64,000 bases of DNA from Candidatus Eiseniibacteriota bacterium (GTDB taxonomy: Bacteria > Eisenbacteria > RBG-16-71-46): positions 160,001 to 224,000 of the forward strand of contig CAVZLN010000009.1 in NCBI GenBank assembly GCA_963776245.1, read 5' to 3'. The number at the start of each line of letters is the position of its first letter. The stretch's first letter is position 1. A model generated the notes under the pieces. The model had not been told where the DNA came from. It saw nothing but the letters and a program-made list of their open reading frames with translations, and made no database searches. Below are positions 45,520 to 53,048 of this stretch, piece by piece. The position numbers and the translations under genes were made by a program.

Positions 45520-46935
45520 ATGTCGTCCTACTCGCTGTCCCAGCTCTCCGACCCGGTCCTGCTGCGCGACCTGGCCGCGCTCGTCTCCCAGGACCGAGTC
45601 ACCACCGCTTCGATACTGGCCCACCTCGCCGAGGTCGATGCCCGCCGGCTCTACCGGCCAGCCGCCTACCCGTCCATGTTCGCCTGGTGCGTGGGCGAAC
45701 TGAAGCTCTCCGAGGACGCGGCGTTCAAGCGCATCCGCGCCGCCCGCACGGCGCGGGAGTTCCCGGTCATCTTCCCGATGCTGGCCGCGGGGCGGCTGAA
45801 CCTGAGCGCGGTCCTGATGCTCGCGCCCTACCTGACCCCGGAGTCAGCCGGCGACCTGCTCGCAGCGGCCGTCGGGAAGACGAACGGCGAACTTGAGCAA
45901 CTGCTGGCCGAGCGCTTCCCACGGCCGGATGTGCCGACCCTGGTGCGGGCCATCCCCGCCGATGAACATGCCCCGGGGCATGTGGAGGATCTCGGCAGTG
46001 AACTGGCCCCGGAGCCAGTTGATGATCTCGGTGTGCAACTGGCCGCGCGGCCAGTTCACGAGAATGTCAATCAACATGCCCCGGGGCATGTTGGAGCACT
46101 GGCGCTGGCGCCAGTTGATGGTTCCGGCGTGCAACTGGCCGCGCGGCCAGTTGAGCCGCACGCGAAGCTCTCGCCTCTCTCGCCCGGGCGGTTCGCCCTG
46201 CAGCTCACCCTCGCACAGGAGACCCACGAAAAGCTGCGCTATGCCCGGGCCCTGCTCGGCCATGCCGTGCCCTCCGGCGACCTCTCGCAGGTGCTCGACC
46301 GCGCCCTCGACGCCCTGATCGCCATGCTCGAGCAGCGCCGTTTCGCCCCCACCGCTCGCTCGCGTACGGCTCCCCGCCGCCGCGCCGCGGACAGCCGCTA
46401 TGTGCCCGCCGCCATCCGTCGCGTGGTGTGGCAACGCGATGGCGGCCGGTGCACTTTCGTTGGCGCCACGGGCCACCGCTGCGAGGCCCGCACCCGACTG
46501 GAGTTCGACCACCTTGACCCGTTCGCCCGGGGCGGGCAGGGCACGCCGGATCGCCTGCGCCTGCGCTGCCGGGCGCATAACCAGTTCGAAGCGGAGCGCA
46601 CGTACGGCGCCGGGTTCATGCGCCAGAAGCGCGAGGAGTCCCGGCGCCGCGTGGCGGCGGCCCGGGAGGCGAAGCAGGCGCGGGCGGCCGCGCAGGCGCA
46701 GGAGCGCGAACGCGCAGTCGCCCGGCAGGCCAGCGCCGACGAGGTGATCCCGTGGCTCCGCGGTCTCGGCTTCCGGACCGACGAGGCGCGCCGCGCGGCG
46801 GCACTCTGCGACACCATGGCAGACGCTCCAATCGAGACCCGGGTGCGCGCCGCGCTCGCGAGCCTGGCGCCCGGCGGCACGCGCCGCGTCTCGAGCCGCG
46901 CGAGCGCTCCGGGCATGAACGCGATCGGAGGGTGA
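45520..46935 (+). CDS. HNH endonuclease with DUF222-like N-terminal region and RuvA-C-like tail (probable selfish element)
   Basis: LAHLAEVDARRLY...YPSMFAWC, RYVPAAIRRVVWQRDGGRCTF..C...LEFDH..PFARGG...L.LRCRAHN, and WLRGLGFR. Confidence 0.82.
   Translation: MSSYSLSQLSDPVLLRDLAALVSQDRVTTASILAHLAEVDARRLYRPAAYPSMFAWCVGELKLSEDAAFKRIRAARTAREFPVIFPMLAAGRLNLSAVLMLAPYLTPESAGDLLAAAVGKTNGELEQLLAERFPRPDVPTLVRAIPADEHAPGHVEDLGSELAPEPVDDLGVQLAARPVHENVNQHAPGHVGALALAPVDGSGVQLAARPVEPHAKLSPLSPGRFALQLTLAQETHEKLRYARALLGHAVPSGDLSQVLDRALDALIAMLEQRRFAPTARSRTAPRRRAADSRYVPAAIRRVVWQRDGGRCTFVGATGHRCEARTRLEFDHLDPFARGGQGTPDRLRLRCRAHNQFEAERTYGAGFMRQKREESRRRVAAAREAKQARAAAQAQERERAVARQASADEVIPWLRGLGFRTDEARRAAALCDTMADAPIETRVRAALASLAPGGTRRVSSRASAPGMNAIGG
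45965..46152. repeat. Array of six 20-bp palindromes, mostly at 36-bp period, in frame inside the HNH gene
   Basis: Units at 45965 AACATGCCCCGGGGCATGTG, 46001 AACTGGCCCCGGAGCCAGTT, 46037 AACTGGCCGCGCGGCCAGTT, 46073 AACATGCCCCGGGGCATGTT, 46097 CACTGGCGCTGGCGCCAGTT and 46133 AACTGGCCGCGCGGCCAGTT. Confidence 0.9.
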
Positions 46936-46956
46936 GGAAGCCGCTGCTCTTCCCTT

Positions 46957-47772
46957 TCATCGTTTCCGCGCGATGATCTCCAGGACGGTCGGGGTGACCA
47001 GGAACGCTCCGGGGGTCGCCTCGGTGTCGTCGAAGGCCTGTTGCATCACGCGGGCACGCGCGGCGTCCACGCGACCGAGTTCGACCAGGCGCTCGAGGCC
47101 GGTCCCGACGAAGGCCTTCGGCCACTGCCACAGGAAGTCCCCGGGGCGCGCCACCTCGGTGATGGGCTCCGTGCTCTCGATCTCGAAGCCCAGGCCCGCG
47201 AGCCAGCGCGGCAGGTCGAGCGCGATGTCCGGCTCGCCACCGCTGGCGCGCCAGGAGGCCATCACCTCCACCACGAAGGCCTCGAACGCGGTGCTGCGCG
47301 GCGACAGTCGCCACGCTCGGTAGTCGAGGTACTCGTGGATCACCATCACTCCGCCCGGCCGCAGCGCGGCGGCGACCCCTTCGAGCAGGGTGCGTGGATG
47401 GCGCACGAACGAGTACACCCAGCGTGACCACGCGCCGTCGGCCAGCACCTCGGGCAGCGGCTGCTCGTCCAGATCGAGCTCGCGCGCGTCGAGCTGGGTG
47501 ATGCCGCGCGCCGCGGCCCGGGCCTGCAACACATCGAGGAAGCGCCGCGATCGATCGATCGCCACCACGCGCCCTGCCCCACCCACGATCTCGGCCAGAT
47601 CGAGCGCCGCGTAGCCCGGGCCGCACCCGACGTCGAGCAGCGTCTGGCCGACCGTGAAGCCGGCCCGCCGCCACGCCCGGCTGGCACGCGGCCGCCAGAC
47701 CCGGTGCTGCAGCCCGAGGCGCTCGATCTCCGCGTCGTGCGTGCCCAGCACGTAGTCCCGCTCAGCGCTCAT
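46957..47772 (-). CDS. Class I SAM-dependent methyltransferase
   Basis: YVLGTHDAEIERL, LLDVGCGPG and ALRPGG. Confidence 0.88.
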   Translation of the reverse strand: MSAERDYVLGTHDAEIERLGLQHRVWRPRASRAWRRAGFTVGQTLLDVGCGPGYAALDLAEIVGGAGRVVAIDRSRRFLDVLQARAAARGITQLDARELDLDEQPLPEVLADGAWSRWVYSFVRHPRTLLEGVAAALRPGGVMVIHEYLDYRAWRLSPRSTAFEAFVVEVMASWRASGGEPDIALDLPRWLAGLGFEIESTEPITEVARPGDFLWQWPKAFVGTGLERLVELGRVDAARARVMQQAFDDTEATPGAFLVTPTVLEIIARKR

Positions 47773-48025
47773 CCGACCTCCTCGATCATGGCATCCGCCG
47801 TCGTGTCCATCCGGGGGAGACTAGCCCAGCCGCCGCGCCGCGGTGGGATGGAACCGGAACTCCAATCCGAGCCCAGAAACCTCCCCGTCGGCCGCGGTCG
47901 GGATGCCGCGCCCGGGGACCTGGCGGCGACGGCCGCAGCCGACGCGAATCCACACCGCCCCCGCGTGACTCTCACCCACCGAGACCCGCAGGTGCGGGCA
48001 GACTTCCGACCCGAGGAGCCCTTCC

Positions 48026-48424
48026 ATGGAGATGGTGATCAGCTTTCCCGGCGGCGCGCGCGTGGACGCCGAGTTCGGCCCCCACGTGGTGCGCACCGAC
48101 CAGCCTGCTCAGGGCGGTGGCGATGACTCGGCGGCCACGCCCTTCGCGACCTTCCTGGCCTCGATCGGCACGTGTGCCGGCATCTACGTGCTCGGCTTCT
48201 GCCGCCAGCGCGGTCTGCCGACCGAGGGCATCCGGATCGTCCAGAGCATGGAGACCCATCCGCACAGCGGCCTGATCGGAGGCATCCGGCTCGAGATCCA
48301 CGTGCCGGCGGGCTTCCCCGAGAAGTACCGTCCGGCGCTGATCCGCGCGGCCGAGCAGTGCGCGGTGAAGAAGCACCTCGAAGCCCCGCCGCGCTTCGAG
48401 ATCGCGACGGTGGCGGACGATTGA
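48026..48424 (+). CDS. OsmC-like family protein
   Basis: TDQP..GGD.SA.TP...FLASIGTCAG and CAVKKHL. AGGAG RBS. Confidence 0.85.
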   Translation: MEMVISFPGGARVDAEFGPHVVRTDQPAQGGGDDSAATPFATFLASIGTCAGIYVLGFCRQRGLPTEGIRIVQSMETHPHSGLIGGIRLEIHVPAGFPEKYRPALIRAAEQCAVKKHLEAPPRFEIATVADD

Positions 48425-48448
48425 GCGCGCGCTCCGCGCCGGTTCCCC

Positions 48449-49129
48449 CTACTTCTTCCGCACCGGCACCGGCGGCAGGACCTTGACGCGCGTCGCGGAC
48501 AGGGCCCTCGTGCCGGTGACCGCGATGAGATTGTCCACCACCGTGTCGTAGCCGCTGAAGATGAGCCGGTTGTCCGACACGTGGCCCGCGGTGTACAGCT
48601 CGCCGTCGGCGGGGTCCGCGATGGCGTACAAGTTGGACCCAACCACCTTCCACGAGTGCCCGATGCACACGCAGAAGTGCGGTGGATCGGTGAGCCCGAC
48701 GATCACCGGTCTCGACTTGCTCGCGGCGTTGAGGATCCGCTTGAGCTTGTCTTTCGAGAACGCCCGGTCCTCGCCCACGAGGAGATCGGTTTCCTCGACC
48801 CTCGAATCGATCCCGTAGCCCCCGAGCACGAGAGCCAGGTTCCGCTGCCCGGACCCCGAGCCTGGCTGGTTCGCCGTCGCGCCCCGGATGGTCACGCCGT
48901 GGACCTTCTTCGTGAACGGCAGGACCTGCTTCATCGTGGGGTTGTCGATGTTGGCGCGCACGTACTGCGAAGGGCCGCCCGCGCGCTTCGACTCGTCGGC
49001 GATGATGCGGGATGAGAGCCTGTCGCCCTTCACGAAGTTGATGGCCATGCACACGCTGGCCATCCCGCAGTTCATCTCGTCTTCCTGCTGGTACGTATCG
49101 ACACCGTGGGACAGCTTCCATCCGGCCAT
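48449..49129 (-). CDS. Putative papain-fold (C39-like) cysteine peptidase
   Basis: YQQEDEMNCGMAS (Q-x5-C), HFCVCIG and YAIADP form a plausible Cys-His-Asp triad. GAGGAG RBS. Confidence 0.6.
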   Translation of the reverse strand: MAGWKLSHGVDTYQQEDEMNCGMASVCMAINFVKGDRLSSRIIADESKRAGGPSQYVRANIDNPTMKQVLPFTKKVHGVTIRGATANQPGSGSGQRNLALVLGGYGIDSRVEETDLLVGEDRAFSKDKLKRILNAASKSRPVIVGLTDPPHFCVCIGHSWKVVGSNLYAIADPADGELYTAGHVSDNRLIFSGYDTVVDNLIAVTGTRALSATRVKVLPPVPVRKK

Positions 49130-49216
49130 GGCCTGCGTCTCCTCTCTCGGGCGGCGGGCCGCGGTCGGACGGGTCTGGAACCCACATCCGGACCGCCGCC
49201 TGCGAGCCGCCAGCCC

Positions 49217-50191
49217 TCACCGATAACGAGCCTTGATGCCGCCCCAGGTGATGCGGGCGGCCGGCACGGCAGCATCTCCGAACTTCTGGATACGATGGTT
49301 GTACATGTCCACCACGTAGATGAAGCCCTCGCGATCGACAGCGACGTCCACCGGTCGGGCGAACTGACCGGGTTGTCCCCCGAGGCCTCCCCAGACGTCG
49401 ATGGTGACGCCGTTGGGAGTGAATGCCTGCATGCGGTTGTTGTCGAAGTCGGCGACATACACCCGACCGGTTGGGCCCACGGCGATACCGGCGGGGGTCT
49501 GGAACTGCCCGGGGGCCGACCCTGGTCCCCCCCACTCGAGGATCAACGAGTGATCCGGGGCCCACTTCGAGATCCGGCAGATGAGGCCGTTCATCTCGGA
49601 GACGTAGGCATTCCCGGTTCCATCGAACGCGATGCTTCCCGGCCGCATGAGCCGGGTCCCCCAGATACCGATGTAGTCACCGGTCGGAGTGAAGATCTCG
49701 ATGCGGTTGGCCCCGGCGTCCAGGACGTGGACCAGACCCGACGGGTCGATCGCGATATCGATCGGGCGGGTCATCTGGCCCGCCTGGTAGCCCCACGTGC
49801 CCCAGGTCCGCAGGAACTGACCCGAGGGGTCGAAGACCTGGACGCGGCTGTTGCTGTAGTCGGCGACGTAGACGTTGCCGGCCTCGTCCGTGCAGAGCCC
49901 GATCAGCGTCCCGAACTGGCCGACCGCGCTTCCCTGGGAGCCCCAGCTGGTGAGGTAGGTGCCGTCGGCCGCGAACTTCACGATCCGGTAGTTGTACTGA
50001 TCCGAGACGTAGAGGAAGCCATCCGGGCTCGCCGCGATGCCGTAGGGGTACTTGAGCTGGCCGGATGCGGCGCCGTAGCTACCCCACTGTGCGATGAAGA
50101 GCGGCGCCGCGAGCGCGGGCGCGCTGCAGCCCAGGAGCATGGTGGGCAGGACGAGCGCCCGGATCGACACGTGCCATGCGTTCCGCATCAT
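49217..50191 (-). CDS. Secreted NHL-repeat beta-propeller with C-terminal TWGGIKARYR tail
   Basis: Signal peptide ending APALA and about six WG..G...GQF..P.GIA...G.VYVAD..N.RIQ.F repeats. GGAGG RBS before the ATG at 50191. Confidence 0.88.
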   Translation of the reverse strand: MMRNAWHVSIRALVLPTMLLGCSAPALAAPLFIAQWGSYGAASGQLKYPYGIAASPDGFLYVSDQYNYRIVKFAADGTYLTSWGSQGSAVGQFGTLIGLCTDEAGNVYVADYSNSRVQVFDPSGQFLRTWGTWGYQAGQMTRPIDIAIDPSGLVHVLDAGANRIEIFTPTGDYIGIWGTRLMRPGSIAFDGTGNAYVSEMNGLICRISKWAPDHSLILEWGGPGSAPGQFQTPAGIAVGPTGRVYVADFDNNRMQAFTPNGVTIDVWGGLGGQPGQFARPVDVAVDREGFIYVVDMYNHRIQKFGDAAVPAARITWGGIKARYR

Positions 50192-50226
50192 GTCCTCCAG
50201 CCGAGTCAGGACATCGGCTCGTTCCC

Positions 50227-51678
50227 CTACCGCTGCTTCAGCCGCTCGATGCGCGCGTCGACGAGCACCGCCGGGAACACCTCGCCGCTCTCGAACACCG
50301 CGCGATGGCGCTCCAGCGCGTCGCCCACCTCGGCGAACGAGCGCGGCACGTGCGCGCCGCCGCCGTTGGCGCCGGTGCGCGCCGCCGCGGTGGCGTCCAG
50401 CAGGGCGTCGAGGTCCGGGGTCACGCGCCCCTGCACCATCGCCTGCGCGATGCCGGCGAGCAGCAGGTGCGGATGCGCCGAACCGTCGGGAAGGCGGAAC
50501 TCGATCGTCGGCGGGCTCACCAGCCGGCCGTCGGCGTCGGTGGCGACCACCGGCAGCCGCACCAGCGCGCTGCGGTCGTACTCGCCCCAGTTGACGCGGT
50601 TGGGCGCCTCCTTGGCCTGGCTCAGACGGACGAATGACTCTTCGGCGCGATTGCCGAACGCCATCAGCGCGCCGCCGTACTGCACCAGCCCGCCGATGAG
50701 CCAGCGGGCCGGATCGGTGAGCCGCCCGTCGGCGGCGCGGGTCGCCGCGTGCGATCCATCGAGCACCGCCGAGAGATGGAAGTGCAGCCCGTTGCCCGCG
50801 TGCCCGCGGCGCAGGATGGGCTCGAACGAGCAGCGCAGCCCCTCGGCGTGCGCGAGATTGCGCAGCACCCAGTGCGTGAGCGCCACCGCGTCGGCGGCTT
50901 CGGGCAGGGGCGCCAGCCCCAGCTCGATCTCGTGCTGCTCCCAGATCACGCCCTCGGCCTCGATCGCCTCGACGTAACCCACCTCGCTGTGCCCGTACTT
51001 GACCGGCACTCCGATCTCCGCGAGCAGCGCGAGGGCGCGCCGGCGCAGGGCCTCGCCGAATACGAACGGGGAGGTCGCGTGATAGCCGCGGTCGGCGGCG
51101 CCGTACATGTCGGTCTCGGTCGAACGGCGTCCGAGGAAGAACTCCACCTCGCCGAGCGCGCGCAGCGACACGCCGGTCTCCCGTTCCACGCGCGCGTGGG
51201 CGCGGCGCACCAGCGTGTCGGGCGACTGCGGCAGCGGCTGACCGTCGCGCCCCGAGTGGCCGCACATCACGGCGAGCGTGGGCAGCGGGGAGAACGGGTC
51301 GAGGAATGCACCCGCGACGTGCGGGCGCAGCACCACGTCCGACGCGCCCGCCTGGATGCCGAGCCCCGGGAACAGGCTGGAGCCATCGGCGCGCTCGCCG
51401 CCGGCCAGGATGTCGCGCAGATGCCCGAGGCTGCGCGGCACGAAGTCGAGGGTCTTGAGCCAGCCGTCGCCCCCCACGTGCATCAGGCTCACGACCCGGA
51501 TGCCCTGCTCGTGGACCAGTGCGGCCAGATCGTCCGCCGTCCACTCCGGCGCCGGGCGGCCGATCAGCCGCTCGAGCCGGCAGGCCGGGAACGTGCCTTC
51601 GTAGGCGTGCGCCGAGGGCGCCCGTGCCGCGCGCGCTCGACCGCCGCGTTCCTCCACGGTCACTTCCATATCCGGCAT
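50227..51678 (-). CDS. glnA: Glutamine synthetase family protein (type I-like)
   Basis: DGSS, GEVEFFL, GYH, HSEVG, QHEIE, GHAGNGLHFH, SFVRL...EAP, DRSALVRLP and IEFRLPD. The start overlaps the gatD stop. Confidence 0.85.
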   Translation of the reverse strand: MPDMEVTVEERGGRARAARAPSAHAYEGTFPACRLERLIGRPAPEWTADDLAALVHEQGIRVVSLMHVGGDGWLKTLDFVPRSLGHLRDILAGGERADGSSLFPGLGIQAGASDVVLRPHVAGAFLDPFSPLPTLAVMCGHSGRDGQPLPQSPDTLVRRAHARVERETGVSLRALGEVEFFLGRRSTETDMYGAADRGYHATSPFVFGEALRRRALALLAEIGVPVKYGHSEVGYVEAIEAEGVIWEQHEIELGLAPLPEAADAVALTHWVLRNLAHAEGLRCSFEPILRRGHAGNGLHFHLSAVLDGSHAATRAADGRLTDPARWLIGGLVQYGGALMAFGNRAEESFVRLSQAKEAPNRVNWGEYDRSALVRLPVVATDADGRLVSPPTIEFRLPDGSAHPHLLLAGIAQAMVQGRVTPDLDALLDATAAARTGANGGGAHVPRSFAEVGDALERHRAVFESGEVFPAVLVDARIERLKQR

Positions 51679-53048
51679 AGGAACTCCTGGATCTCGGGAA
51701 CGCCCCCCTGGAACACGAGGTAGCCATCGTGCGGCTCGCGCTCGGTGATCTCGCCCGCGATCGGCGTGGTCATCAGCCGGCGCGCGGCGTCCGGATCGCC
51801 GGGATGCACCCCCAGCGCCCAGCCGAGCTTGATGTAGGCCACCTCGGGGAGCATGTTGGCGAGCGGCGTGACACCGAGCTCGAGGATCTCGCGCCCGGTC
51901 TCGTAGACGTACATCTGGACGAACCCCCACAGCGTCTGGACCGCCATGAACACCAGCACCCCCGCCCGGTGCGCGCGCTCGAGCGCCGGGTAGAGCTTGC
52001 GGTTCACGTGGCCCAGGCCGGTGCCGGCGATGACGATGCCCTTGTACCCGCGCTCCACCAGCGAGTCGATGATGTCGGGATCCATGTTGGGGTAGTAGTA
52101 GACGATCGTCACGCGCTCCTCGAACACCGCGCTCACCGTGACCTCGCGATCGGGGCGGCGCATCCGCACACCCTCGCGCAGCACCGTGACCTTGCCCTGC
52201 TCGACCATCGCCAGCGGGATGTCGCCGAGGGTGCGGAACGTGCTGCGATACGAGGTGTGCATCTTGCGCACGCGGGTGCCGCGGTGGAGCAGGTTGTAGC
52301 GGTCCGAGGTGGGGCCGAACATGCACACCATGACCTCGGCGAGCGGGCCGTGCGCCGCGGCATAGGTGGCGTTGATCAGGTTCTGGGCGGCGTCCGACGA
52401 CGGACGGTCCGAGGAGCGCTGGCTGCCCACCATGATGACCGGCACCGGCGCGTCCTGGACCATGAACGAGAGCGCGGCGGCGGTGTGGTGCATGGTGTCC
52501 GTGCCGTGCCCGATGACCACGCCGGCGTAGCCGTCGCGGATGGCCTCGCCCACCTTCTCGGCCAGCACCTTGTACTGCTCCGGGCCCATGTTCTCGGAGA
52601 ACACCGCGAACAGCTTCTCGGTCTCCAGGTTGCAGATGTCGGCCAGTTCGGGCACCGAACCGTAGAGCTCGCCGGGCGAGAACGCGGGGATCACCGCGCC
52701 GGTCCGGTAGTCGAGCCGCGAGGCGATGGTGCCGCCGGTGCCGAGCAGCTTCACGCGCGGCTTGGCCGGGTCCACCGGGAACTGCTTTTCGGGGATCTTG
52801 TAGTGGGCTTCGCGGTAGCCGGTCTTCTTCATCTCGAGGATGGTGTCGTGGCGCAGGCCGATGTTGTACCCGCTGCCGAGCTTGAGCACCAGGTGGAGCG
52901 GGTCGGCGGTCTCCGAGCGCGGCAGCACGAGCCCGGCGAAGTCGCCGCGCGTGGTGTGCGCCTCGACCTCGCTCCACACCGTGACCCCGAAGCGCTCCAT
53001 CACCGCGCGGCAGGCGTCGCGATAGCCCTTGTAGCGGTCGTCGCTCAT
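51660..53048 (-). CDS. gatD: Glu-tRNA(Gln) amidotransferase subunit D (archaeal type)
   Basis: GatD N-domain (G.VLPRSE.AD..H.VLKL.SGYNIG) followed by the asparaginase-like core TGGTIASRLDYRTGAV, HGTDTM, GSQRSSDRPSSD, RKMHTS, GTGLGH and MLPEVAYIKL.W. Confidence 0.93.
   Translation of the reverse strand: MSDDRYKGYRDACRAVMERFGVTVWSEVEAHTTRGDFAGLVLPRSETADPLHLVLKLGSGYNIGLRHDTILEMKKTGYREAHYKIPEKQFPVDPAKPRVKLLGTGGTIASRLDYRTGAVIPAFSPGELYGSVPELADICNLETEKLFAVFSENMGPEQYKVLAEKVGEAIRDGYAGVVIGHGTDTMHHTAAALSFMVQDAPVPVIMVGSQRSSDRPSSDAAQNLINATYAAAHGPLAEVMVCMFGPTSDRYNLLHRGTRVRKMHTSYRSTFRTLGDIPLAMVEQGKVTVLREGVRMRRPDREVTVSAVFEERVTIVYYYPNMDPDIIDSLVERGYKGIVIAGTGLGHVNRKLYPALERAHRAGVLVFMAVQTLWGFVQMYVYETGREILELGVTPLANMLPEVAYIKLGWALGVHPGDPDAARRLMTTPIAGEITEREPHDGYLVFQGGVPEIQEFLCRIWK

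Noticed and set aside
45965..46152. Palindrome array as a CRISPR array
   Set aside because: The repeats are not identical, the linkers are only 16 nt and partly related to each other, the array is in frame within a CDS, and there are no cas genes. It is kept as a separate finding.
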